NCBI GenBank assembly: GCA_047495785.1
Contig: JBLDXI010000029.1
Span: 868,001-932,000, forward strand
From: Lepidodermella squamata
Taxonomy: Eukaryota > Animalia > Gastrotricha
Direction of reading: 5' to 3'
DNA length: 64,000 nt
The translations under genes were made by a program, and so were the position numbers. A model generated the notes under the pieces. That model was not told where the DNA came from and did not search any database. It was given only the letters and a program-made list of their open reading frames with translations. This document shows, piece by piece, positions 1 through 13,785 of this stretch (positions are counted from its first letter, which is position 1; the number at the start of each line of letters is the position of its first letter).

Positions 1-745
<745 letters not shown>

Positions 746-1363
746 ACTTTCAGTTAATAAGTCTAAGATAAAATTAGCAATTTAGATTTATAATATAATT
801 TGATTGATACTAATTTCAAATTTCAAATTCAGTTTTACGGAAAATTTTCATCACTTCAATTCTACGATTGGTAAGTTGGAAATTGAGTTGTGTGAATTTC
901 TCCTGAATGAGTCAGTACTTGTTGTCGGTGATGATTAAGTTGCTAGCTCACTGATTGAGTCTCTTTCATTCAATTGTTCACCTGCTTTTGCAACAAATCT
1001 GAAGATGTAAACTCGATATTCTAACTCAAGACGGCTCCGAAAGTCACACCGAAAACCCAAATGGCGGTCAATGCAAATCACGTAAAGTTCGACGATATCC
1101 CAGTGGAAGACATTGTCTTCCTTGCAGGGGGCCAGCTACGAGCTCATTGCCAGAAACATGGTGGGGGCCAACATCAATGCCAGAAACGTGGCAGCAAAGG
1201 CAGCCTTGCTGGCAGCCGTCGGGGGGGGGCTTGAGGCACTGAGGACAGGAGCCTTGCCTGCAGCCAGATAGAGACCTGCAGCCTTGGGGGTTGCCTCTGC
1301 CAATCAAAATGCCAACTCCTCAAACGAACTGTGTATTGAGGAATTGAGATTGATGCGGTTGAA

Positions 1364-1800
1364 ATGGCAGTGAAGCGGAAGTTGAAGAGTTTTCTCGGCT
1401 ACGTTCCAGCTCATGAGCTTGACGCCACATCCTTGGCTAATTACCTTCACAATTTCATCAATAAAATGAGCTGGAATATTCAGACGTTAATAGGCCAATG
1501 CTACGATGGTGCAAGCGTTGTGAGCGGGTCGCAGGGAGGATTACAGGCTTTGATAAGGAAAGTTGTTGCCCATCCAATCTACATTCATCGTTACGTACAG
1601 GCCGTCAAACGAAAGCTTACTATTACTATTTCAACAAAAGGAGGTTGTCAACTTCAATCCGATCACCAGCTCAACTGAGCACTGAACTGCCACCTGAATG
1701 TCTGAATGGCGATGTCCAGGGCTTCTAAGGCAGATTGCATCGCCACTGAGGAGGCGTTGCCTTCGAGACAAGCATTCGCTTTATAGCAATTATGCAAGTG
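1364..1800 (+). mobile_element. Decayed hAT (ZMYM1-like) transposase fragment
   Basis: GQCYDGASVVSGSQGGLQALI...IYIH resembles the hAT catalytic-region motif. The frame is disrupted downstream. Confidence 0.75.
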
Positions 1801-1875
1801 CTGAAGGTAACTACTTATCTGCTTGATCAGGCACGTACAATGTGAAAGACCGCATAATGACGCTCATTTACGTTC

Positions 1876-2100
1876 ATGGTGACCGACAACCACGGCACAG
1901 ACCAGGCTACGTTCCTTGCACTGTTCGTTCATGAAACGCTCAACGTTTTCGACAAGACTTTCGCTGTGTTCTTCAAAAGGAATCCTTCAGGCAAAACCAA
2001 AATCAAAACTTTTATGCTTGACAAAGACCAAAGACAAGCGCTATTGATTCGATCAGTTTACATGGCGACCTGAATATCACTCGCATTTTACTCTGTCGCT
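1876..2100 (+). mobile_element. Decayed MULE/ZSWIM-like transposase fragment
   Basis: MVTDNHG...FMLDKD resembles the ZSWIM/MULE transposase domain. The ORF is short and interrupted. Confidence 0.5.
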
Positions 2101-2790
2101 TTCATTTAAAAATCCGACAAATAAATTGTCGCTCCGGGATTTTTTAATGACTGAAACCTGACACGTGACTCATCATAACGTAGATTCAGCAGAATCTAAG
2201 CAGAAAGCGCAGTTAGACAATAGACAAGCTGCTTTTGCCTAAAACGGAGCCAAGGCTAGCCGTAGCCAACTCCTTGACGTCATATTCGTACTCGGTGTGA
2301 AACTTTTCCTTCTATGCAAGCCACATGCCACCAGACACAGTGGTTTTAGTAGTATGTAGCCGATTAAGTTCGATCACAGCGCTACATTCTGGAATGCGCC
2401 GAGATCCGACTGACTTCCCGCATCAATTTTGAAAATGTTTTCGCGCTAAACTTTATTGATTTCTTTTGAAGAATGGAGCACTACATTTTTATTTTTATTT
2501 CATAATATTATATTCAATAGCTGAAGGCCACCTTAGTCATAAACTAAATCATCGCGCGCGCTAAAAATTCATTTGGGAAGAGAACTCTTCTCAAGCGTCG
2601 AAGGTGAGGTCACAGACCCTTGACCCTCGATGACGCATCTTTGGCTGAGACTGAACAATTTTACTGGCCATTTGGATGAATTCCGATCTATGACCTCTTC
2701 TCTGACCTTTTTTCATTAAGCTTTAAATCGCTTATAGCTTATAGCTTTATCCTCTATGCTGTATTTTCCAGTTTCAGAGGTTGATTAAAA

Positions 2791-3777
2791 ATGTCAATTG
2801 AATTTACTCGGATTTCTCAGGCCGTCTCGGCCAATATTCAAAAGTTCTCTTACAACACTCAGCAAATTCAACAGTATGTCGCGAAAATCGGAACTCCTCA
2901 AGATTCAGACCAAGTACGCACCGAGTTGCACCGATTATCTCACACGACGGAAGAACTTGCGCAGCAAATCACTGAACAGTTGAAAGAACTGACCCAGCTA
3001 GTTGCATCAGCTGGGCCATCAGACCAACGCGACCGTCGTACTCAGGCAGAGCGTCTACGTGATCAGTTTCTTGCCGCTCTCACTAGATTCCAGCAACAGC
3101 AACGTGATATTATTGAGCGAGAGAGGAGTTCTATCATCCGAGCACGTTCTAGTTCTGGGCAGAATCCGGTAAGACTAATTCAACCAAGAAATGAGCTTTG
3201 TCTATTCATCTTTTATATTAGTACGAACTTGCCGATGACGATGGCTGGCCTGCTTCGCGGCAGCAAGGGTATGCAATGGGGTTGGTGCTTACTAACAACA
3301 CGCAGCGCTTGCGCCGAAACATTTAACCCAATACAACACATATTTTATTCTCAGGGTACCTAAGACTGCAGTTGTTGGTGCCAGTGGAGCCCAGTTGACA
3401 CAGTACGAAACAGCTGTTGATATTGAGGCAATCCAAGAACGAGAACGAGCTCTGAGAAATTTGGAAAGTGATGTCGTTAATGTCAATCAGATTTTCAAGG
3501 ATTTGGCCATGCTTGTTCACGAGCAAGGCGCGACAATCGGTAAATTGGTTACGTATTTTTCAGCTTTTTATTATTTTCCTCCTGAAATTTAGATACCATT
3601 GAAGCTAATATTGAGACGACGCATACCCGTGTTCAAGATGCGAATCAACAGCTGCGGCAGGCTTCGCAGTACGCAACAGCTGCGCGGAAAAAGAAGCTTA
3701 TTTGCGTGCTGATTTTGATTGCCGTCCTAGCGGTAATAGGTCTCATTATTGGACTGGCTGTCGGCCTGAAAAGCTAA
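2791..3777 (+). CDS. STX7: Syntaxin-7/12 family t-SNARE (4 exons)
   Basis: Habc domain (IGTPQDS), SNARE motif (IQERERALRNLESDVVNVNQIFKDLAMLVHEQGATID.IEANIE) and a C-terminal TM helix after RKKK. Stop TAA at 3775-3777. STX7 vs STX12 cannot be resolved. Confidence 0.9.
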
Positions 3778-4509
3778 GATTATCTTTTCGTTCTTTCTCT
3801 ACGTTATCATCATGATGTCTTACATCCAAGAAATGGAACACAATAGCCACAGGTTTAACATAATTCTATTTATGTGCTAATTACTATTTAAAACTTCAAC
3901 AATGATGATCAACTTGACGCTCTCCAACTACAATTTTTTGCTGAAGTCGGTATTTTTTCTTGAGAATTTCGTTCACGTCGCAGTTTGTATGCTTGTACAG
4001 TTGTAATCACTCTTAATTATCTATTATTATATCGTTGTTTCCTGCGGCTTTTTTCAATTTAAAATTGATTATTGAGTGTTTATAAAAAAAGTCATCAAGC
4101 GCCAACATCGCAGATTGATATATTACGTATTGAAATATTTCTTGTCTTCGCTGATGTTTTTCTAGAAAAATTGGTGGAAAAAAATTCATTCGGAATGTGT
4201 TTGAAATAATAAAAATATGTCGCTTAATTTAACAGATTTCATTGAAAATGCAAAAATTGTGCAATTTATTTCTCTCGAGTTCCCGTTGCTTAGCTCAAGA
4301 CACGTGGATTGATTGATTTCTCTGCTGTGTTTCTTCCACGAATGATTCTTAAGTTGGACTTGCGAGTTCTGATGATTTTCGTCTAGTCTCGGTCGCGAGA
4401 AGGAATTAAATGAAAAATACATTGCTTTTCACCGCGTTTTACCACAAATAAATCGACCATTCCGCTGATAGGTGCTGTTTTTCTGTCGTTCATTAGACGT
4501 GTATTTTTG

Positions 4510-4734
4510 ATGAATTCACCTCTGAACGCCCCTCCGTCGACCCCTATCACTAGCACAGAGCCTGCACAGCCGAAATCGAAGCCACCCGCTGCTCGCGTTA
4601 TTGTTGGGACTTGGCGATACTGCAAGCGATATTTTTTCAACGTCGGTTATCCAATTATTTTAGGCTATTTGATCTTTGCGGATTATCGGCGGACGCTTCG
4701 GTACGAAGAGCGGAAAGCAATAAAGGTTTGTTAG
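4510..4734 (+). CDS. Putative small single-pass membrane protein
   Basis: 74-aa ORF with one hydrophobic segment (FFNVGYPIILGYLIFA) followed by DYRRT. An AG acceptor lies shortly upstream. No family recognised. Confidence 0.45.
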   Translation: MNSPLNAPPSTPITSTEPAQPKSKPPAARVIVGTWRYCKRYFFNVGYPIILGYLIFADYRRTLRYEERKAIKVC

Positions 4735-5286
4735 TTTGATATAAAGTCGACGGCATTTGAGTTGAACTATCAAAGCCTTGAAAATGGAGAAGAAATGCCT
4801 TGGATTTAAATTCAAAAAATCCGTAGCTTGACATTGCTTGGTAAAATGCTGAGATCGGGCCCCTAAATCCGAAAAAACCGTCTATTACCTTCTGTGGTAG
4901 TTAGGCATTTTATTTTAAGTGTTTCTACATTAAAATTCCATGTGTAAGTTTTCGTTTAAAATTGCAAAAATATTAAATTAGCGTAGTTATCGATTTTAAT
5001 CAATTTCTAACTTATGCGGAGGCTTTAAGCGTTCCATAATATTGTGCTACTGAGATGGCTCTTTCAGAAAACTAGAGAAATTTATGGCTCGAAAATGCCA
5101 GTTTAATATACCTATATTTTTCAAATTTACGGGGTTTGGTTCGATAAAGCGACTTGTTTATTTTTATTTTATCATCAATTTGAACCAAAAATGTTTCTAA
5201 ATGTTTATGCTAATTTGCCGTAAATTTTTTGAATAGTTCCGTTTTACCATTTTTCCGAATCCTGAATTGCTCTTTTTCTGTATAGA

Positions 5287-6159
5287 ATGCCACAGCCGCA
5301 GATTCTCCCGCTAATTGACTCGGAAAGTAGCGACTCGAAGCAAATTTCTTACGCTAGAATAATTCTCGTCGAACCTCAAGACTGCAACGACCCGCTACTC
5401 GTATGGCTACCTGCAATCGCTCATTTTTCTAGTCAAAACCGACCCGCCTTTGTCCTAGCTACAAATCCTCGTATAGCACAGTTCGCCCCATCTCTTCGAT
5501 CATCCGCACCCGATCTTCGCATTGAGCAAGTTCGATTGAACAACATAGCCCAGCAATTTTGCGGCCTCAAAAACGCGATTTGCCTCATCGATTGCTTGAA
5601 TTTACTCATTGAAAACGACGATAAGTTGATATCAGAAATCGAGCGGTGTTCCCGCGAGAACGACCTAATTTTCGTGCTTTGCCTCGATAGCCACAACGCA
5701 TTATCATCCCGGCCCGACCCGCATGCAATCGACGTAGTTCGATCGCTTTCATTTGTTCGGCTTATTTTTAGAAAAATGCCAGAATCTAACAGAAATCCTC
5801 ATATTTGGCAGCTAGAAACTCGAATAACTAGCGCAAGATCCGGCCGGGTGACTACAAAAACGCAAATTCTGACCTCGAAAATGTTGAGCTTTGATGTATT
5901 ATCAGTGCAGAAATCCGAAAACTTAGCACCTTCCGGCAATAATAGCAACGTGAAAACTTCTGTTTTTAAAGTTCCATTCAATTTGAGTCTAACCGAGACG
6001 GAAGAGGCATTGAGGCGTAACGTTGTTTTGCCGCATACGAAGCTAATCGGGCGGCACGATTTGCCTGTTCAAGAGGTGGACGTGTTCAAGGCAGACGAAG
6101 AGATGGACTACCAGAAAATGAAGAATGAACTCGATCCTGATGACGATTTGGACATCTAG
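5287..6159 (+). CDS. ELP5: Elongator complex protein 5
   Basis: C-terminal PFNLSLTETEEALRRNVVLPH and DPDDDLDI are ELP5 signatures. Intronless 290 aa, followed by AATAAA. Confidence 0.85.
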   Translation: MPQPQILPLIDSESSDSKQISYARIILVEPQDCNDPLLVWLPAIAHFSSQNRPAFVLATNPRIAQFAPSLRSSAPDLRIEQVRLNNIAQQFCGLKNAICLIDCLNLLIENDDKLISEIERCSRENDLIFVLCLDSHNALSSRPDPHAIDVVRSLSFVRLIFRKMPESNRNPHIWQLETRITSARSGRVTTKTQILTSKMLSFDVLSVQKSENLAPSGNNSNVKTSVFKVPFNLSLTETEEALRRNVVLPHTKLIGRHDLPVQEVDVFKADEEMDYQKMKNELDPDDDLDI

Positions 6160-6972
6160 AGCTTTCTCTTATATTGAATGAATTTAAATAAAATTTACTT
6201 AACTGAGTGACTCGAACGTGTTTTTGATGCTTATATTCGATGACGAATTCTTCAATTTATCATTGGCTCACAGATTGATTCGGATCAAGGCCGGTTTTTC
6301 AACTATAAATAGTGACTTCTTTCCGAGAGAGAATACTAATCTAAAAAGGCTTTTTGCTTTTTGGATGAGGCTTAATATTAATTCATTTTTCGAGTCTCAC
6401 TGCTAGCGGAACCAGATTTAAAAAAAGTGGCTCGCCCGAAAGTCATTTTCAAAATTTTTGGAAATGTTACCCAGCAGTAATTAAAAATTGACGAAAACCC
6501 CATGAAATTCCGAGTGGTCTTCAGTGCTAGGTTCGATCATAACTTTGAGAAAGAAGAAAAATCAATCAGCAACATTTTTCAAAAAATGAAAAAGTTACTG
6601 TTCGGATTTGGGACCAAGTTTTCCTGATTAAACCTATCATTAAATTTAAATTTATTAAATTTAAATTTAAATTTTATGCTGAAATTTTTACTATTAAGTA
6701 TTATATGCATCGTTAATAACAATGGCTGTGGAGTGTTCCAAAAATGATGGGAAAATTTGGGAAAATTGGTCTTGATTCAGCGTCTGTATTTTTCCAAAAG
6801 GTAGAAGTAATTCATGTTGTATATTGAACAAGAAATTATTGGAACTGAGATGGTGATATCAAACTCATTTATTTTACTTTCGAAAATAATTTTCCAAATT
6901 ATCGTATCAAATATGCACTGATACAAAGTCTTTATTATTTTTTGCCAAGCAGGGTGTCAGCAACGATTTTTT

Positions 6973-7530
6973 CTACTGGGGAGCAGCGCCTGTCTCGACG
7001 GCGACGCTGTACGAGAAGTTGTTGGAGGCGGAGTAGCTGCCGCTCTTGTGGCCCTTGCGACCCTTGTTGCGCTTGCCGCCGAACTTCTTGTGGCCAGCCT
7101 TCTTGTTGAACTTGCCGTGACGCTTGTTTTTGCGGCCGCCGAACGAGCCCGATCGCGAGTACGAGCCAGACTTGGACACGCGCTGGTGCACGCGCTTGAA
7201 CTTCTTGGTGGACACCTTGCGGGTGTGCTTGTTGGTGCGGGCGGACACCGACGCGGACACCGACTTGGAGTACGAGCCACGGCGCTTGTTGCGCTTCGAT
7301 ACGAACTTCTTGCCGTAGTTCTTCACCGGCCGCTTGTTCTTCTGGTACGAGCCGCTCTTCGAGACGCTGTACGAGAAGCTTCGGGAAACTTCCTTATTCG
7401 GCTTGCCACGACCAGCTTCAGCCTCGGTGAAGGCTAGAAAAGAAGAACATATAAATTTTGAAAAACATCAATGGAGTCTCAAACCGAGAGCCACCAGGAC
7501 AGCAACAGCCAAAGCGAAAGCGAAACGCAT
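6973..7530 (-). CDS. Secreted, extremely basic Lys/Arg/Ser-rich orphan protein (copy A, 168 aa)
   Basis: Exons 7530-7485 and 7433-6973. Signal peptide MRFAFALAVAVLVALAFTEAEA, TATAAAA at ~7618-7625, strongly biased codons, and a near-identical paralog at 50392-50955. Confidence 0.85.
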
Positions 7531-8423
7531 CTTGATTGAAGTATGAACACCGAACAAGGAATAACGATTTAAAACGAAGGAAATCGATTGGTGATGATGA
7601 CATTGAGATGACTGCGGTTTTTATAGGCCGTCACTAATAATTTCGCAATTATCGTCGACAATCATTTCTGAACAATGGCCATGCTTTCCAATTATCAAAT
7701 TGCGCACTAGATCCACAGCTTCCATGGGAAGCCCAGTCCAGTTGAGCCGAACACATTGTCTCCTTGTTTCTATATTATTTCCATAGGTTTTGATCAATGA
7801 ATCGTTGAAAACCCAACTATTTCATGAATTCTCGACAATCTAAACGGGGAAGAAGCTGACAGGAGGAATATGATTGAATAAAACCAGCTGCGCGTCCATG
7901 TTTTCATCTGATTTGGTTGACATTATTTGAGTCAAAGTTGAAGCACGAAATCGAAATTTTCCAACGCCTAGCTTTGAAGAAGGAAGCTGGGAGGCTTCAG
8001 CTGCGCGTGGAATAATCGTTTTCATCTATTAAAGTTTTTATCCCGGGATTATCCTGAAGATGAATTGAGCACGACATCGTGGGCAAAGACAAATTTCGAG
8101 GTCAAGCTTGCGCGTTAATTTTTGAGTGTGACCCTGCCAAGCTTCTCGAAGCTTCGAAAACTGTATAGCAGAATTACTTGGCTTGTCACAGTGTGGTAGG
8201 AAATTAAGAACAGTTTTTTTCCTCCGCGGCTTTGTTTACACGCTTACACCTGAAGAATTGCGCACGTTAGTCTACTTCTAGGCCGATGGATTGACGCGGG
8301 TGAATGCTAACAAAAGGTCGGCCTCGATTAAGCGACATTTTCGGCTATAAAAGCAGGCTTCCCTGAGCCTGAAAAACCATTCTGCCTATCCGATTCTTCA
8401 GTCCAGTGAAACTTTTCGCCAAA

Positions 8424-8948
8424 ATGTCAGCCGTTAAAGTCGCCGTTGTCGTCGTGCTGTGCTTCGCCGCTACTGTTATTGCTAGCAATGGCCAATGGGG
8501 TGGCCAAGGTGGCCAGAAGCGTCAATGGACCACAAGTTCCACCGATATCTGCACAGCCGGTCTCAAGACAGTCGTTAGGTATGTTTTTAAACAAACCAAG
8601 TAAATTTGGATCAACTTGCTGTCTGCTTCAGTGGAATATGCAAGAAACCGGATAATATGGCTGACCAAGCTGCCAGGGACTTCTGGATCAACTGCCACAA
8701 ATGTCTCTGGTCAAAGACCCCTGAGGCCATCAGGTAAGAGTACTAATATCTTTCTAGTCACAGTTTATCTAATGGCTTTTTCTTTAACCAGGAAAACTTA
8801 CACAACAGTTGCAGCTGATTGCCAGGCTATGACTGATTACGTCACGTAAGAGAAAATTGCATATGGCCGAAGAATAATGTCTCATCTTCTACCTTTAAAT
8901 AACAGGGCTCAAGGCGCTATCTGCAAAGCTGCGAACCAAGGCAAATAA
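8424..8948 (+). CDS. Secreted 6-Cys peptide precursor (signal + propeptide + KR + mature peptide + GK)
   Basis: Four exons (~8424-8578, 8632-8733, 8792-8845, 8905-8948), all joined in frame by phase-2 GT-AG introns. TATAAAA at ~8347 and AATAAA at ~9057. Confidence 0.8.
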
Positions 8949-10919
8949 GCCGCTTACCAGGAGCAAGCGGATGTAACTTTATCAAATACATGGTTCAGGA
9001 TAACCTTTGTGATAATGATGCGTTCTTCACGATTCCTATAACTATGCTGTAGGAAATAATAAATCCGCTAGACTTTGCAAGTAATTAAGCCTCTGATCAT
9101 AGTGACAATAGCAGAAAGGCGATCTTCGCGAGTAGGGAGAGCAAGCGCATAGGACATGCAAACGAACGTGATTTTGGATCAGGAGGATCACGCAGCAGAC
9201 CTGACTTTGGAAATGTCCGCCTGTAAGGAAGGCAAAAAGCAAAAAGAACGTGTTTACCTACTTTAGTGAGATGGCGTGCACAAGCCAACGTTTGTTTGGC
9301 TGGCGTGGCACAGGCTGACACACCGCTGCGTAGGCGTAAGCTTTTCGTGGCCTCGAAAAAACTGACACGAGCTTGGCTTAAAATATCATATAAGCGCCCA
9401 TCGGCAACGTGGATGATTAGCAAACCTTTCCCGAGTTCGAACAAAACTGGTAGAAAATTTACTGGATCTTATATATGGAATCTCAAGAAGATTTGATAAA
9501 ATAGGGTATTTCACGTCTTTTTGCGCTTAGACGCAAGATTTAACGTTGGCTTCATTTGGCTCCAGATTCAAGGCGACAAACTTTTCTACCTTTGGCACAT
9601 GCCATGACTGTATAGCTAGTTTCTAGTGGCTTGTCTTTCCGTTGAATAGATCACGAAGAACCTTGATTTGGCTTGCTATTACTGAGATTGAATTCTGCGG
9701 CTCGAGTTCAATCCTCGTCGACACAATCTGTCGTTTTTTTTGCCCGAAAACGTTGACAATGCAAATTATTTGCCTGAATCGGATGATTATCATCTGAGAA
9801 CGCGCTCGAGCTGGCCGGCACTCCTTCATTTTTAAGATCATATTTCTTGGGATCATTACTTTATTAAGTTTTGCCCCAACGTCAGCCTCATCTGACGACA
9901 AACCCAAACCGCGATGACGAGACGTGGTGACTGGCCCTGAGCGCGAACTTGGCCGCACTTGACTGGCTGTCCATACAGCTGGTCTCGTCGGCCGTTGATG
10001 AACGTTCCGGGTTGGTGGCTCCTTAACTGAGGCCACTTCCGGAGGGGTCAGTCGCTTTCAGAGCGGCTCTTTAAAGCAAAAGAATAAAGCAATTCAAATG
10101 TAGAATTGTTTGAACCTCGAATTCTATGGCCCTCAATATCAAGGAATTTTCATGTGTTTTCAAAATCGTGATCAGGCCAATGAAAAGCCAGATAAATGGT
10201 GACAAATAATTGTTCTCCAGGGGATCCATTGCATAGTACTTACCTAACTTTGTGAAAAATGAAAGGTGCTGTTTTTTGTATCATATAATTAACGAAACTG
10301 CAAGGTGTGAAACATGGGCTTTAACCGAGTGCAAAACAAACGCAGACCTGATTCGTGAATCTTTCATCTTTAATTTTTATCCATATATCGGTCAAACATG
10401 GTCAAACATCAGAAAATTACAACAGACCGGCGCATCATTAAAACATCAAACAAGTACGAACTGACATCGCATATTATTTCGAACAGACTATTTACGACAG
10501 CGAGGTTTAGCTTGAAATAATATTGGCAGTAAACCAAGAGAGATGTTAAACTGAACAGACAGGGTGTAATTAAACAGATAGGAGCCGCTCACTCCCACGC
10601 CCAGTACTGTGGTCCTCAAGCAAAGCGGTAATTCCCATTGACTAAGCCTTGTTATAATTTTCTAAATTGAATTTTGGTTTGTGGCATTCCATCTTATGCT
10701 GTTTTTCCAAATCAAACAATATGACCGCAAGAAGTCCGGTGTTACGCATCCTTTTAGCGTACAACGCTCTGGTCAGTGATCTCGACAACCTGGGGCCGGG
10801 ATACCCGTTCCTGCAGGTAGCAGCCTCTGTAACCATTCTAGGGCAAGAAATACTGCGCCGAGGAGTCCAGGTAAAACCGGCTTTTAGAGTCAGTTAACTG
10901 AGTCAGTCAATGGTCGTCA

Positions 10920-12160
10920 CTGAGTAACCATCACTCCACACGATGGGTGAAGGCACCGTTGCGTCTAGAGTATACAAAATCTAATTTTTTCTCAGCATCA
11001 GACGGACTTCGCTGCTCTAAACCACATTAGCTATCGACTGGAGCAAATACCAATTAGCTGCTCTCCGTAATTTTGTCAGAGACGGATCCCTTTCGTACCT
11101 GGACCTGCCCAAGAAAATACAGGAAAGGATTATGAACTCATTCGAAACGATGGCTGGCGGTTTCAGCAGAATAGACAAAATAGAAAGAACAAATTCAGCT
11201 ATTTTTCGTGGTGTTCCGCTACTGCTTAGACCACATTATAGCTGGGATGCCAGCATAAATACCGGATTAGTACCGAATAAAATAAATCAAAAGAAAAAAG
11301 AAATATGGAGTGAGAGACTTTTCCCAGTAACTATACAGGAATCCGCTTAATCATGGAGTCATGGAGTAACCATCAAGTCACGCTAGCAATGATGAGTGAT
11401 GGGTGTTGGCGCCGTTGCGTCTTGAGTATAAAAAAGCTCATTTTTCTCAGCATATAAGACGGACTTCGCTGCTCTTAACCATATTAGCAAGTCGAAAGTC
11501 AAATTGAAGTGTCATTACCCCGAAAACAAGCAGGTTCAAGGGATACGAAAAATTTGGATCAAACCAAAGTTTTTGACAGTCGATTAAGAAATCGACAGTC
11601 GATTGTTAATGATAATATTATTATTGATGATGATAGCTGGATGATTCAGCGCGCTAGATAATTGGTTTTTCACTTGTTATTGTTACCTTAACACTCGGTG
11701 CGATCAAGTGTGGATTTCCTTATATGGATGAAACGATAATCGATGTTGCTGATCCATAAACTTTCCTTGCATGGTCAAATAGATACAATTCATGCTGTAT
11801 AAATACCACGGATCGATAGGATCAAAGTGGTCTTGTTAGCTCAGGTTTAGATGCACCTTTGTTACACCGCTAGTAGTTCATGTAGTCTGTAGCATTGCTA
11901 GAGTCAAGTTCTAATAATTGCTGTAATTGCTGATAATAAAGTGTAGAGTTAAATACTAGAGTGACTTGTGGATAAAGAACCCAGTGGTTACAATAGTCAA
12001 CGATGGGCATGAGAATGAGGATAATGGTGGGGAAGATGACCCCACTTTTGAGCAAGAGATGCTGATGGTTTCAGCAGAATAGACAGAATAGAAAGAACAA
12101 TTTCTATTCGCTATTTTTCGACGAGGTGTTCCGCTACTGATTAGACCCCATTATAGCTGT
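10920..12160. repeat. Two interleaved diverged direct repeats (A ~10920-11031/11362-11488; B ~11150-11245/12063-12160), likely retroelement debris
   Basis: Visible sequence similarity. Repeat A contains a TATA-like GTATAAAAAA. A Copia fragment lies nearby. Confidence 0.6.
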
Positions 12161-12613
12161 GATATCGACTCCTCTGGCAATGTCCATACGCTGGTTGTAA
12201 CTGTCCCAATTATAACGCAAGATTCCTGCGAAGTATACGAAATTAATCCAATGCCAATTTGAGCGTTTCGAGAAGTTTTGTTCGTAAGCCTTTAGAGCTA
12301 CTCCATCACCTGAGACATTGGCATCAAGACTGACACAGGCTGATGTGCCATCGGGCACCTGAACTACGCTCGGCAAGCTTTCGCGATTGAAATGCAGCGG
12401 ATTTGCTACAACACGGCCTCCCTTTACTCCCTTTGTTATGGAAAAACGCAAGACCGCCTTGAAGTTTATCCGGAGGTTTGAATTCGGTCCTCGTCACGAT
12501 GACGTTACAACGAGGCTACCTCATAGCTCTATCTCTATTTCTAGCATTTGTAGAGGCTGAATATAACAACTATCGAAGCCGACAGTAAATAACAACGATG
12601 AACTGACTGATAT

Positions 12614-13160
12614 TTGTGGCCCCATGAAATGCGAGTCGTTTCAACTCTTGAAGATTTTGGTGAATTCGGGCCTACCAATGTAGTGTGTCACGTTGCTTAC
12701 TTGCAGATGATGATTTTTCATTTAATTATTCAAGGTTTCCCCTATTTTCGCTTGCATGGAAAATTGCCCGATTTGACGAATTTGCGAATTTTTGGGGCAA
12801 CTGTTTTTGTTCACCAGCGAAATAACTCGAAATTGGAACCAAGGGCAAGAAAATGAATTTTGCGGGTTATCCTCAGGATCGCCCGGGATTTTTGTGCTAT
12901 GACCCTGAAACTCGAAAATGCGTTGTTTCGAATGATGTTATTTTCAATGAAAACGAAATTGGGTCGAAGAATTTTGATTTTGATGTCCCAGATTACGGGG
13001 GGAAAATTGACCCCGATAAGGGCATTTTTGATCTTTTGTCAAATGATGCTGTCGACGGGGGAATGAGGTCACCGTTACGAAGGGTGATCCGATCGCAAAA
13101 AGTGATCAGGATCAGGATCCCTGGCCATATATACGCTAGCACCTTACTTTCTATATGAGC
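12614..13160 (+). mobile_element. Ty1/Copia pol fragment (post-integrase SH3-like region), frameshifted
   Basis: PDLTNLRIFGATVFVH...SKLEPRARK / FAGYP...GFLCYDPETRKCVVSNDVIFNE is typical of Copia. Confidence 0.85.
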
Positions 13161-13785
13161 ACAAAGACCTTTATCAATGTATCGTAGGCGAGTTTGAAAG
13201 AGAGGCGTTTTAGGATCTATACATCTAAAGATATCCGAGGTATCTTGTAAGAGACGCAACCAAGAATATATCCGGAAAAAGGCGAAGGAATGCGAAGATG
13301 TAACAAATTATGATTTTAAGGAATCGACATTTTACAATCAACCGTCATTGAAAAATATTTCCGGACGATTTTTCTTGATTGAGACGATTTCCATAGCCGC
13401 TGATTAGTTACATTGATCGCACCGGATGGAGATACCTGTGAAATAGATCCAAGAATGAACAACTGGTCTCAAATTGTCGATAGATCTTTACAGATTATAT
13501 AAATAGAAGCACGTTGGCCAAGTTTTGGAGAAATTCAAACATATAGGTCATAGGTGATTAATTATGGGGTTAATTCAAGTTCCTCAGCAGAGCCGCGGAT
13601 AATGGACGCGCTTCCCAAGTTTAATTCTGAAACGGTTGTTATAAATAGCCTACAAAAGTTGCTATAAAAACTATAAAAAAAATGCGCTCCTAACAATGGG
13701 ATACGCTCTAAGTTTATACTGGCTGGCCAAAAAATTCCAAAAGAAGAATTGATAGTTGATACTCGATTGGAATAGCTCTCCACTA

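Noticed and set aside
8424-8948. Assignment to the CHH/ITP hormone family
   Set aside because: The processing layout is similar but the cysteine spacing does not match.
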